From Tubiluchus corallicola (Eukaryota; Animalia; Priapulida): a stretch of DNA of 64,000 nucleotides. The stretch is taken from contig JAQGDQ010000382.1 of NCBI GenBank assembly GCA_030141605.1, positions 159,462 through 223,461 on the forward strand. Direction: 5' to 3'. Each line of letters starts with the position of its first letter. Within the stretch, counting starts at the first letter, position 1. The position numbers were made by a program, and so were the translations under genes. The notes beneath the pieces are model-generated. The model did no database searches, had not been told where the DNA came from, and saw only the letters and a program-made list of their open reading frames with translations. Positions 38,600 through 52,800 of this stretch are shown here, in pieces.

Positions 38600-39876
38600 C
38601 AGACAGCTCTTAGGCTGTCATTTATTAGCCTGTTGTCATAAGAACATTACTGGTATTGGATTTTTTACTTTGCAGTGATCTGGTATTGCCCGATAAAGGT
38701 TCTCAAATGCAGACTTTATGCTGCACGTTGCCCATTGTAAGTATGGTGATTTTTCTCTTTCAGGACATTCAAGTGGAATAATTTGAGTCACATATATCCC
38801 TTATCCAGTGTCCGATAAAGTTGCATTCTTACCTTGGGAATGTGGGAAGCAAGGGAACCCGTTGAATGTTAACGATTGTAAACCCTTTGCTTAGAGAAGT
38901 TAAGTGAGTAATCGTTTAAATGAACTGCTGACTGCAGAAGTGTTTTAAATAACATTGTTTTCTTTCTGTTACTAGAAAATTTTTCTCTTGTCATTAGTTC
39001 ATAACAATTTTATATTCAGCTTTGGTAGCTGAGTCAGTATGGCAACGATTACAGCAGTTGCATATTTCATGCCAGTAAATTTTTGCACTAGACTTAGCAT
39101 CTTATCCAGGGAGTTTTTGTTCCGTTAGGTACAAGTGAGATTATATTTTTTGTCTTGTGTTCAGCCAGTATATAAGTACTCTGTTTAAAACAGCTGTTTA
39201 GAGGGGGACAGTGAAAAAGCTTCGAATAATACAACATAAAAACAATTCCGAGAGAATGCATAACTCATTGATAACCTGATATTCAACATAATTAATGAAT
39301 ATTTAAAGGTAAAAAAATTAGCTGCAAATTTTTGCTTTGTATTCAAATCATCGTTAAGTGAAGAATGAGACAACTGGAATAGAGAGAATAAATTTTGTAG
39401 TTGAACCTTTTGATGTTCTAATTCCTATGTTTAATGATGGATTTATGCATTTGTCTGCATAAATAAAATACCTCCTTGAATAATAAAATATTCCATTGAC
39501 ATGCCTTATCAATAACAGGAATCTTATACTCAACATTTTGTATGAAGATTTGTCGTATAATAGTTTGACTGTCCAAATGTGGCTGATCTGTAGCCAAAAA
39601 GACTAACAATGATGAAAGTGACATCCTTAATATGCTAAAAATTAATGCTCGTACAGAGATGCGGAAAAATTGCAATCTCCTTCATGCTCAGTACAACATA
39701 CACAAAGATTTCTCTCAGATTTCTATGTGTAGCAAGCCTTACAGCCTAGACATTCAAATTTGTAGACAAAAATTATTTGGTAATGGTGGTTTTTCTATAT
39801 TGTATTTCAAAAGTAGGGTAACTTCGTAGTACTAATTATAATTTTAAACTTTAAACTTTCTTTAAACTTGTCTGAC

Positions 39877-40481
39877 TTAAAGCAAAGCCGAACCCAATCT
39901 AAAACTGTAGGTCAAAACAATTTACTCTTTAAAATATTGAAAGGAACCATACTCTTTTTTTTAAAATGACTTATGCCAACGAATTATTACCAACACAAAC
40001 ACAATTTCATGTTCACGCCACTAGTTCTTCATTGCTACACACATTTTGCTATTCTCTGGTTAGACAGACATTTTGGAAATGCATTGCACAAAAAACAGGT
40101 GTTGTACCTCTCAGTTTAGTTTGTGATGAACTACACACATTCGGCAGTTCATTCGTGAGCGCAGCAGTAAATTCGAAATTTGAATTTTTGTCTTGAAACT
40201 TACCTAGTTTTTTTACAACATACTGGCTATCTTACAGTAGTACTGTACTTCAAGTTTCGCTTTAGCAAACATGTGCAACACGCTCGTGGATTATTTTCGC
40301 TGTTGAAAATTGTTAGTTTGTGATGTCATCAATAGTTGGGCTTGCTCGCCATTAATTAAGATTTTACTCTATTATTTATTTATCAGAAACGGTTTTACAT
40401 TATTAATTGTGTTAAAATGTTTCCTTTTTATCAGACTTGCAAATGGAGAAGTATATGAAAAATCATCATGTCTTCCTTTAA
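39877..40481 (+). mobile_element. Kolobok-like MITE, family A copy 2
   Basis: TTAA|AGCAAAG...CTTCCT|TTAA, with TTAA target duplication and AG...CT termini. Homologous to the other two copies. No transposase. Confidence 0.8.
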
Positions 40482-41332
40482 ATTTTCACATGTGCTAAAT
40501 TGAATATATTTTATATTTTTATATATTGGATGAATATATTTTACTGTCAACTAATGCACGAACCAAGCAATTTTATAAGATGATTTAGTGTAACTATTTG
40601 AATGAACATAACGACTGCTCCACAGTAATCTAAGATATCATCTGAGAAAATCTCAGTATCTAAGAAATGTGCCACAGAATTTTCAAAATCATCAACAGTA
40701 AAGTTTGAATGGTGGTCGAACTGACCAAACTGACTCTTTTATGGGTGCTGCACTAATGATGATTCGAATAGTAAGGACTGGGAAGTGTGCAGCGTGGATT
40801 AATTTTGTACGTGGATTAATTTTCTGCCTATTAAAGTCGTTGTCAGTTTCATCAGTAGGAGTCTCTTTCTATAGATGAATCACGTTTAGAGATTCAAATT
40901 TCACTGAATGAAAATTTTTCATACAACTGTTGTGTGCAATTGCTGATAAAGCATGTTTTATGTTTCATTATTCATGGATGGGATGGAAGGGCATCAAAAG
41001 ATCTGCAGTTATTTTAAAATTTGCTTCTCCTGATAATCATTTTACAATGTATTTTGTCATAATCTAACATTTATTTATAGAATTGGCTTCTTTGAATCCC
41101 ACTCTTCTCATTCTTTGCCATTACGATGATCTGATTACAAATCGAAATTTGCACCTAAAATCTTTGCCTTTGATTTTTCATTATTCTTCACCAAATAGCA
41201 GTTTGTTAATGAATTATGCATTATCACAAGGTTGTCTTTAATTGTATTATGAGAGAATGAAGAGCACAAGAAAGAGAGGGGTGAGAGAACCTCGGCGTGG
41301 GAAATATAGGTCGGGTGCAAGAGACAGTGATA

Positions 41333-41396
41333 GGTAGATAGATAAATAGATAGATTAGATAGATAGATAGATAGATGAGAGAGAGAGAGAGGGGGG

Positions 41397-41428
<32 letters not shown>
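41333..41428. repeat. Compound (GATA)n/(GA)n microsatellite
   Basis: Direct reading. Confidence 0.9.
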
Positions 41429-41431
<3 letters not shown>

Positions 41432-43824
41432 TTTGTACTGTGATTTTCTGTAAGGATGTCTTTCAAAATTACATGGTGATACAATGGTGATATATTGTGA
41501 TAATTGTAACACTAGATGTGTAGTGTATTGATTACTTTTTGTTAGAGACTTTTTGAGAAGTCTTACTGGTTGTCACTTGCTAGTGAATTTTTTTGTACCA
41601 GAAAATGTTTTATGCTAGTGTGAATGAAAGGATTATAGATGAATCTCACTTCTTTCATTTCGTGTTCCTTGAATTTACCTTGGTACATGAAATTTGTGTT
41701 TATGCTTAGTAGACTTTGACTCTTAATTAAATGACTGTGTTTGATATGTTGGAGCTACTGCCTGCCTACAGTAATCGTGATCAAGGTAATGCTTGTTGAT
41801 TATGTAAAAAAAAAATATTGTTTTATGTGCTTAAAGCACCAATGAATGAAAAAGTATTGCAGTTATGCCTTCATTGCAGGTAGTAAGCAAATACTGTGCA
41901 GAATTAATACATTTTTTTGCTTTAACTTTGCTTAAATTATTTGAGAATGCTCTGCAGAAATGTTCATCACGAAACTGTAGTTAAATTGAGTTACTGGAAC
42001 TAATAAGTAGTGAATATTTATGTATAATGTCTGGCTTGGTATGTTTTACCTGCTTAATGGTGCCAATAAATCAGTAGACATTACTTATAACTATAGTGTA
42101 GTAATAAACCAGGTGTTCTGCCTCAGGCAATAATCAATGACGTCACAACAGTGACTTAGGTGCCTTGATGTTTTCCTAGCTCAACATCACCCATTTGGAA
42201 CTTGGAACTATGAGTAATGTTTTTCTGAAAACTGTCTGTTATATCTTGCAGATCGTTTCTTCTGCTTTGCTCATTATAGGGCAAGCGATAATTCTTGTCT
42301 GCTGCTCCTCCCGGACTGCCGAGAAAATGCTATAGTATATGCAAAAATGTGACTTTTGAAAATATAGCATGGGCAGCGCATATAGAGCTGTTTAGCCATG
42401 CATGCTTTATGCATTTGCTGAAGTTCACTTATAAATCATTTTTGACACGATAATTGCGCAAAGTATTTGCGAATTTATTTCAGTTTCTCTTTAGTTTAAC
42501 ATGTATAATGTACTGCCAGCTAGCTTGGAACTGATGCCATTTTTTAGACATTGCAAATCATATTTTTTTCTGTTGTGTTCTGAACTACTCGCTTTGTTTA
42601 TTTTCATGGCTAGTAATAACCATAATGCTACTATAAACATACTAGAATAGAATCTGTACGCCATTACTAATGTACTTATTTGTAGTTACTGTGTTTATTT
42701 TTTTATTTTTTTTGCCTGTCATGTAAATCTAGGAGTAATTGTTGTTGTGTTTTTGGTCAAAACAACACAGTTTTATTTAAGCTCGATGGCTTTGTATTAT
42801 TGTTGATACTTGTTTTGATTTATACAATGGTACGTTTCATCCACCAGCAGGCTAAGTATTGTAAACAATTGCTAAACATGATGTAGTCCATGTGTAACAG
42901 TGGTTCAGTGTAACCAGATGTGACTGAGTGACTTCACCCAGTGTGAAGAAGATTCAATGAGCACTGAGTTGCTTACATTTGGTTAATGTATGCCTTTTGT
43001 GTTCAGTTTTTTGCTATGGCACACTGTTATGTGTTTATAGTTTGGTGGGTATTAGCGTCTCTTACCGATGTGTAGAAGTTTAATGCCCTTTTCTTCTTAA
43101 CCTACCTACTGTTTTTTACATTGTTGTGAGATATCACAAGATAAATTATTATGCTTTATCACAGACTTGCTGTTAAATTCCTTTTAATGCCCTCACAACT
43201 CAGTAATAATGCTGCGTATTCTTGTTGAGGGATTGTAACATTGCAAGTGTGACAGTAATACATTACTAATAGGCATAGCTACTGAGCACTGGGGCTTCGT
43301 TAGTCTTTTGGTGGTCCGGTGGTGGACTAGCAGCATGAAAAAATACTGAAAAGTAGTGCAAGATGTGTGTGTCAAGAATAGAAAAATTAGGAACAACTGG
43401 TTGTACATTAATAAACTGTTGCAGTTTAATTAAAAAACGTAATCAAAGGCGAGTAAACAGCAAATGAAGTGAGAAGGATACAAAGGTAATAATTATATAA
43501 TAAATAGAGTAGATCAGTGTTGTTCAGCTTGCAAACAGAATTTTTCCACCAATACTGGCTTAAAATGGATCAAGTATATCCACGGTTCCATGGTAAGCGT
43601 CTTGTCTATTGAAATTTGTTAGTAGGTAGTTTGCTGTGGTGTACAGGCAACAGTTATGCAACTAAACTTTCATAAGCATTTGTGTACAGGTACTTTACAG
43701 TTTTGTGTCACAATTGATTCACTGGACACAGATGAATGCTTTTGATGCTCTGCCACGTTCCAGGTCCCTTCCTAACACTGGGGTTTTGCGTATGGCTTTT
43801 TCAGGTTTAGTGTATTTTGCATTT

Positions 43825-43880
43825 TATAGATGGCGCTGAAGCTTTGTGTGACGTAGTATACCGTGACGTTGACCGCAAAC
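43825..43880 (+). promoter_or_regulatory. Putative GOLGA2 proximal promoter/5' leader motifs (YY1-like AGATGGCG, two TGACGT CRE-like sites)
   Basis: AGATGGCG at 43828; TGACGT at 43849 and 43864, directly before the ATG. Motif match only. Confidence 0.35.
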
Positions 43881-46800
43881 ATGGCGGACACAGCTCGAGA
43901 AGAAAAATTAGCAGCTGCTCGTAAAAAGGTTATCATCTTTTACCGTGCAAACTGTAGTGAGCTTATGTGTTTAGACGCTAATATTAATGTGGCACACGTA
44001 TTTGACTAACTTGTCATTGCTGTCAGTTACTTTGTGCACTTTTAGATTACTAAGAACTGAGAGAGAGCGATCGTGTCTTGTTCTAATTCTTAATTTATTT
44101 ACGTTTTTCTTAACCATTTCACTGCCGTGCAATTTGTATTCCACCTGGCGTGCAAGAATATTTTAGTATAATGAAAACTGTTGTGACAACCACACCCCCC
44201 GCCCCCACCAATGCCACTGCCATCCATGTCTGCTACTATCAGTCTCTCGTCGATGTATTAGCAAACTTGTGAGAATGATGAAGATTGTTGAGAAAAAAGG
44301 GGAAGGGAAAACAGAAAAGAAAGAAAAGTAGAAGAAAATAAAAGCAAAGTTTCTGATACGCAAAATATTGTTGTGTTGTTACATAATAAATTTTTGTTAT
44401 GATTTAAATTCACAAAAATACTGTAACTATAATTTTTTCTAAAAGTATTAGTGTCGATGTCATTGTCGTCATCAGTGTCACCACCATTGTCATCAGTATC
44501 ACCACCGTCATCATCTCTACACTTGAATTGGTACTTTGTGATTCTGAAAAAAGCATTGCACGTTCAAGCATACATACACGAGCAAATATTGCCTAATTTA
44601 TATGCATGTGTTTACATGCACATATCATGCAGGCATTCGCACGTACAGTTTTCGCAACTTTTTGGCCAGACTGGGTCAGAATTTTGGTCTGTAGGGGTCG
44701 AAATTAGACATACACACCTGTTTATGTCTATGTCTAATTTCGAACCCTATACTATAGACCATAATTCTGATCCAGGTCTGAGGTCCTGACCTATACTTAG
44801 AAAGACGCTTTTGTGTAATTTCTGTAATGAGCGAGAAGTAACAAAAAGTAAATTAAGAATGGAGGAAAACCTAGTTTGTTTGATAAAGTAATGGTCTGAT
44901 GTCAGGTGCTGCTTGATATCGTGTCAAGTCGTGACGCTGCCCATTCTATTTCTGGCAGTTTAAAGAAGCAAAGACAATTTGCACTTTAGGTGGCTTTCAC
45001 GGATTGAAACGTGCATTACATCCAATGTCATTTTAGGGTTTCTTGCTTATAGTTGTGGCACTGCTGTTGTTAATGTTGGGTTTAAAATTTAGAGCTCTGG
45101 TTGTTTTGATGTTTATAAAATAACAGTTCATGTTATAAACTAATATCTGTTGTATTAAGTCTGTGGAAACCAGAAATAGTAAAAAGCAGAAGCATAGTTA
45201 GCAGGGCCGAAGAAAAAAATTATTTCGGTCTTACCTCATGAGCTGAAAAGATGTCAGTAGGGTGGGAGGAAATGAATTGTGGAATATGTAAAATTAGTTG
45301 AAATCAAAGTTTGTTTGTTTCCCACAGGTTAGCAGTACTGTTTTAAGTTTTTTCAATGCACATTTTCGCACGCTTTGTTTTTAGTTTCGCATTACTAAAT
45401 TATCGTATAATTATTGTATAGTCTCTTTTTTGTATCATGAACGTGCATGTTCTGATAATTACAGTATAAGCGGTAACACTACTAGGCCATTAATATACCG
45501 ATTTGGCAGAAAATTCCATAGTTTTCAGCCTCCAATACAATGAGCATCATACAAAATGACAACCCCGGCCGAGAGTTAGCCATGGAAAAACATGGCCAGG
45601 TCTTGCATTCCCCGAAAGAACGATGTTCTAATATTCATTGCGTTTTACATTTTAAATTTAAAAAATATGCTTTTATATGACTACGTCAAGTAAGTATATG
45701 AACGTATAAAACAAAATTATGAAGTTCCTGGCTGAGTGCACGATAAAAAATATTATTTAATTGGGCGATTAGATGGAAACAGAAATATTTTTATTGTCGG
45801 CCCAAAAGATTTTTGTACAAGTATTGAAGTTATTACGAGGTAATAGCAGGTAAATGGTAGGAGAAGGTTAAGCAACAATAACCCCTGAGAAAGAATCAGG
45901 GGAGCAGTTTAGTGCTAACAATTCTGTATTATAAGGATCAAGTAAAACAGCATTAGTAAATAGTAACAGTACAATGAAACAGTTATGGCAGCAGTGCAAA
46001 GCTTAGCGTTTCTGTCATAGGATTGTGAGAACACCAAGCTAGAAAGAAAGGCTAAGGATAAGGAAATGGTTGTGAACAAGCTTGCGCAACATGTAAGACA
46101 CTAACTCCCATGTGGTGTTGTGCTCCTCTATTACAAAAAGTCCCAATCGTGCAGTTCTGGGTATTACAGCAAAAACTGAAATTCCGCCAGACTTAGTAGA
46201 TATGGGTAGGCTAACAGAAGATTAGAAGAAGGGCACCCCAAGATTATTATAAAATTCAAAAGAAAAAAGAAGATGGTTGACGATAATCACAAGAAAATCA
46301 CTGTATCTATAATCTGGTGACTTTGGCTGAAGCAGCATCCATATCAATGAAATCCATATCTGTCTGTCTATGACTGTCTGTGGTACAAATAAGTCAATGC
46401 TGTTGACTATTATAATGTCCTGTCTTTGATTCTATTGGCATTATGCTTGTACAATAAATGACGCCACTTAGAAAATAAACGTTCATTCAACTGTATTATA
46501 ATGGTGAAATTTCTTGTTCAAAAATAAAGAAATGACACAGTGGCATAAATTACGGTCGTACCAAAACTTTGATGCCAGGGTGAAAGCAAAGGCATAAAAT
46601 GGTGGAAATGGATCGAAAGACTAACATATAATTTATGTTCTTGTAATACCTTGCAGACCGTACCTTATGACCGTACCTGATTAGGTTTACTTTTTAACGT
46701 TAAACCAATGAATTTATAATTATTAAATATCTCCACAGCGTCTGTGTTTTTCCATTTTTGATTATGCTAATCGGTTACTGTTTTTTCTGTACACTGCGGC

Positions 46801-49800
46801 ACAGTGCAAGCTGGTGTCCTACACTTACCAGCACTGCCCACTTACTCTATTAAAGGCTGTGGTGGTACCGGAACCCAACGAATTTAGTCCTCAAAAAGCA
46901 TGAGACACTGAACTATTTATATAAGCTCAAAATGAAACGTGTTTGTAATGTCAGCACAGCAGTCCATGAAATATCATTGCATTTTTTCTTGCAAGTACCT
47001 CATTTTTTCTTCATATGTTATGAATTTTATGAAAATAGTTTTCTTAAAGAAAAATTTGCTGTTGCAGTTAAAACAGTTCAAGAAGACAGGCAGGGCAGCT
47101 TCTCCCAACATTACAAAGAAACAGAAGATTGGAGACAAACAAAATGGCGTAAGTTAAAGTACACTTACGCTGTATTTACATAAGTTACAACTTCAGTGAG
47201 CACTCCATCTGGGTGCAAATCAAAGCTTGTACCAACAGTTATATAAAAAATGTTGCAAATGTTTTGGCCTCCTCAGTTTTCTACATCATCTCTAAATGGA
47301 CCTTATGCTTTAATATTTCGGTTGATTGTGCCTGGGAACCAGGAAGCTTCGCAGTCATCAGCACTGAAGACAACATGCTACAAATGGTGCAAAAAGTCAA
47401 ATAAGTGATATTTATGCTTTATTTGAACTATTTTAGCCAACATTTTTAGCATCAAAGAAAAAATAGGTAAGCTGGATTAATATTACTAAAATGTCCGAAA
47501 AATGCTTAAGAAAATTACCGAAAGTTTTGGCTACGAAACTTAATAATTTTCGACGAAAATGGGCTGAACTAAAGGTGCAGTTATTGGTAACATCCCTATT
47601 TGATAGAGAAAAGTAATAATCAAATTTATTTATGGAAAAGCCAAATGATGTCAACAAATTTTCAACTCATTGAAATGTGAGATATTGTAAACAATGTTTT
47701 CAAATCTTCAAACTTAAGCTTTATCACACTTCCAGGCATTGCCCAAACCCATTCTGTAGACCTTTTGTTGGCTTTTATGTCCTATTATATTAAATTCATG
47801 TCACTCTAGTGTATCTTAGGTGAGTTACTACGATTTTTACTATATTCAATGATGTTTTGTACTTTCACACATTCTTTTGCAGGTTCCCAGTAGAAGTGAG
47901 ACACCTAATGCAGGAATTAAGCAGAATGAGTATGTATCTTCCCCACTATCAGAGTACAGTACTCCCGCAGGATCTCTCCCAGTTGGAAGGTGAGAGTCAT
48001 TGTACTACAGATCATTTACGTGCTCCATATCTATGAATTTGTATGAATGGCAACCATAATAGCGGAGATGTAAAGCTGGTTGGCGACTTAATTAATTATA
48101 TTGAGTTCTTTCACCACAGCAACGTGATTTTACTGGGATTATGCTTTTGACAATTTTGTCGTTAAAATGGCAGAATCTAGCTGTGAAAGTAGAGTGTGTG
48201 CACAATTTTTTCAGTTCTTTCCAGAAGGTTGCCAGGTCTAATTTCTTACCTAATTTATTGGAATTTAGTTTTGAACCTTCACAGCAAAAATGTTTTGTAT
48301 GATAAACTGCAATCGCAGATTTTATAGGATGGCTAACTTGATGACAGTGATTGCAACATGGTTATTTTATTGTTAAAAACATTAATTAGAGCTATAATTA
48401 TTTCAAATTTGCTATAATTATTACTATAATAATAATTACTGAACTTCTTTCTAATTCATTTCTTTTCTCTTTTTCTCTATTTCTGTCTATTATTTTATCT
48501 TAACTACTCCCTGTTTTTCTGTAATTCTCTCTCTTGTAAATTAAGTCTTTTTTTTTCACTTTTCATGGTGGTCTTACAAGCTTTGCTTCTTGAACGCCAT
48601 GCAGCATCTATTTCTTGTTGACAAACTATTATGTAGTTTAGTAACTATGTTAGTACACTGCTGTTAAATTTTTGTAATTATATTTGGAATTTTTTCCTTA
48701 ACTATACCATGCTATAGTATACTAATGTAGTTCTGTTACAATTATTGTAACTATATTTCATTTTCTGGTTATAATTCTTAATAGTTATAAATATAATAAT
48801 GCAAATTGTAATGTAAAAATACATGCTGAAGTGATAATAAATTACAATTACAATTACAAAGGAATTTTGTTGGGAGAATTTGCCAATAAATTGCGGCATT
48901 GGAGTAAACATTCTTAAATAAACAAATAGTACATATTTATTAGAAAGACTGTTGTCTTGTCTTCTAAAAGTTTAATGGTTGAGAAATAACCTTTGGAGTA
49001 AGTTTGAAGGCAAGTAAAGTATGAAAATGCTTTCAATAATCATTGCTCTTATACCACTGCAATGTTTCCATGAGGCTAGATCAAAAATATGGAGGCAAAT
49101 GATCAAAGGCCAGAAATAAATATCAACAGAAGTGAAATCTAAATATATAGTTATAGTGTATTTTAAAGTCCTTCTTCAACTTGATGTTGTGCGTGGTTCA
49201 CACAATTCAAATTTGATAGATTCTGTAAGTTTGCATTTGTTTTTAATGTTGTGTGATACTGTGCAATTAAGTTTGTTGTAAAATTTGCTTACATGCTAGT
49301 GTTTACATGCTAGAGAGCTCATTGCATGGCTGTATTTTTTTCATTCTGGCATTTAGGACGACATCATCTACGGAGAGCCTACGTCAGCTTTCTATGCAGA
49401 TAAATGGATTGATGGCTGATACAGACATGTTGAATGGTGGTGACTTCCCAGAAAATCTTTCTCAACTGCAGGTAATTACACTCATATCTGGGTTTGATGG
49501 ACCTCGCTTTTACGGATATCGGAAGAATCAGATGCAAAATCTGGACCGTTAAAAACCCCCGCATACTACGGACATTTCGCGAGCTGACCGGCTAGTTCCC
49601 ACGTTTTCCCGCCTTTGTCGGGCAAATCGAGATATGAGTGTATTTTCTGTCTTCTTATTATGACCACTATTGCTAGAACAGAACTGTATAATGCTTTAAT
49701 CTAGTAAAATGCACATTGACTACAGAACAGTGATTAAAAAATGTGTACTGAACTCAAGCAGGGCATTCACACGCATCTTCGAAAAAAACTTTCCACTAAA

Positions 49801-52800
49801 ACAGACCACACTGGACTTCCGACTGTTTCAACTTTAAACTTTTCTAATGCTGTATAATGGTCTATTGCATACTTGCTTTACATACATCATTAGGGACCAA
49901 ATGCTAATTCTTGTTCATAAACAGTTGTGTGTGTGTTCGGTTTATAATTCCAGCCGCTTCATAAATCCATTTAGCTTCGCACCAAGATAGGTTTATTAAC
50001 TGGTGTATACTGTACTTTTGTTCTAATCAGTTTAATGTGTCTGTGGAAATATATTTTTATGACGAAAGTGTAATAAAAATATGTAATAATGATTTCATGC
50101 TATGCGCATCATAAATGTATAATTGTAAAGTTCTTATTGAGCCAATGCTAACTTGTTGTGACATATTTTGACTAAATGACAGAAAATTTATAGATAGTAA
50201 AATGGCTGTCGATGGTTTTTATCATTTGCGTTCTTCCGTACGTTTAAGACTTACTGATTGTCTTTGCGTGTTTGTAGAACCGAAACAGAGAATTAGCTGC
50301 CTTGTTGGAAAAGCACGTTCAAAGTAATGAGCAATTGCAGCTACACATACAAGAGCTCGTAAGTACATAGAGTCATAGACATATTACATAAATACGTAAG
50401 TTCAGTTACATTACCACCTGGATGCATCAAACCACCGTTTCATAAATTATTACCGTATTTTCCCGTGTATAAGATACCCTTTTTTGCTCAGAATTTTCAC
50501 TTTAAAAATAGGGGGTCTCTTATACATGGGAGTAAGTCTTTTCAATAAGATGCATAAATTGTGACACTAATGATTTTAAAGAAATAAGTGCTCTACAACT
50601 GTTTTATTTCGAATAATTATAGTTTCCTTTCAATAAATCTTCTCCATGGCTAGAGGTCATTATTAAATCTTTCAAGAAGTGTGGCATCTCCAATGCCATG
50701 GACGGCACAGAGGACAATGCCATTTTTGAGCAGAGTGACTCCTCTGATGATGAACTGGCTGGAATTGCTGAAGGTCTGACTGCAGTTGATATTTTTGATG
50801 AGAGTGATGAGGAATTTAATGATTTCTATGATGAATAAAGTTATTCATTACCAAAAAACTTTTTTCCAGAATTTTTGCCTAAAAATTGAAGGGGTCTCTT
50901 ATACATGGGAAAATACGGTAGTTTGAAATAAACCTTTGAGATGAGATTTCGTCTGTAACATCGCATTGTTAAGATAATTATCGTTGGGTGGATGTTCGTT
51001 CCCAGTTACCATTACAGTAACAAAATTTAGTAGTTTCCCTTAGTGTCTAATTTATTCTATGGCCATGCTATTTCATCATTTCGTGTAAGCCGTCTGTTTA
51101 TGTTCAATAGTTCACCATTCAAAATAATCATTTAAGATAAGACACTGAACTGGCTACGTTCAAATTCTATACAGCAGACAAAACTGTGCAGAACCAAATT
51201 TTCTGTGGTCATCCAACCAGACCCTGTAATGCTTATGCAAGCTGACATTCTGACCATTCATCCCTTTGTTTTGCAACTATCCATCTTGCATTTTTGGTAA
51301 TAAACTATTTTTATTGGCCTTAAAGGTAAAAGCCATTTTCTAAGTATCACATTAGAAATGATACACTACTGGCGGAATGTACTAGATTAACTTAAACGAC
51401 CATGTGTTGAACCAACATTGCTACTCAAGTACTTAAACCACATAGCACATTCTCTTGCAAAAATTCCATATTTTATTGTGATTAATTGTTTTTGAATTGT
51501 AAATTTGATTATTTAATTCTATGAATGGTTTTTGTTTGTCAATAACAAACTTGTTACAGCGCCATTTTGTGTGATTACAACTAACTTCTGATAGTTAAGT
51601 ATTAATGTGCGAGTGAAAATGTGTCAGTTTTAAAACAATGACAGTATATCGAGACTTCATACATAGTCAGAGCAGAGTCATTTTTGTCACCAAGAACACA
51701 ATAGATAGAAACCTTCTGACTGGATATATTTCTTTTTGCACAGAAACGCCACAATGAAATTCTCAAAGAGCAAATAGATAAAGAACGTGATGATGCAGAG
51801 CTGACTAGGAAGAAAGAGTTGTCATCTGTGAAGGAACAGCTTCAGGTCAGTTTGATTTAATGATATTTTATTGTTGACATTATATAGTACTATGCTAATT
51901 GTTAAAGGAAAACCGGACAATTGTTTAGATCTCATTTTAATTTACTGTCCAAAATATACCTTGTCTATAAAGGCTAGCAATTGTTTCTTATACTTGAATA
52001 ATTACCTTAGAAAGTTAATTAACGGCAGCCGAACACAGCTATTGCTTACGTCGGAAACTAACCGCCGTTTGTGCAATGACAGGCATCTTCCCTTGCGTGT
52101 CAAGCACGTTGCGTAAGTGTTACTGCTTAAACGCGTTATGTCACATCAGAAACTAACACTGCAATTCATGATCATGGCGATCACAGTACCGCCTTCTATT
52201 TGTCGGCCACGCGAATGTGACAAAACGGCGCCGCTACCAATCTTAGTAGATTCACTGAGCCGGGCGTAGCTTTGAAAGTTTCATGAAATTTGAGTATCCG
52301 AGGTAAATATTATTTACTCTAAGCTTTGATTTAAAAAAGCTATTGTAGTTTTCAATATTTTAGAGCATTCTTTATCCTGAACTAATGTTTACACAATCGT
52401 CCGGTTTTCACTGCTTCAGTTGCTTTGCATCAGTTCGCTGCAGACGTATACTTGAAGCAGTGTAGACCATTAGAATTCACGTTGCTGTACTGTATTACCT
52501 TTGTACACTCTGCATCAACGTTTTACTTTGCACAAGTTCAGTTATCATAGTCTTAGCAAAACCTTGTGAAGTTAAACTTATTTTGAACAAAAAAGCAAGC
52601 AGAACTTTCACGTTTGTTTGTTTGTTTTTATATTTTTGCTTTTTTTGCGGGTGGCATCGTGTAGTATGATGAGTGATTTTTTATCTCTGTCAGAGTAATA
52701 TTTTATTTTTCGTTATAACTGATGTCATTAAAAAACCTCCTGGAATCGTTTAAGTACATTTCACAGGAAAAGCTGAACATTCGTATTTTTCCATTAAAGG

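Noticed and set aside
49165-49224. Possible extra GOLGA2 exon ending at GTAAGT (49225)
   Set aside because: The open frame ends in phase 0 whereas the flanking exons join in phase 2; the phase-compatible frame has a stop.
52660-52725. ATGATGA...CTGA snoRNA-like boxes upstream of a GOLGA2 acceptor
   Set aside because: Only about 57 nt, very AT-rich, no guide sequence or convincing stem.
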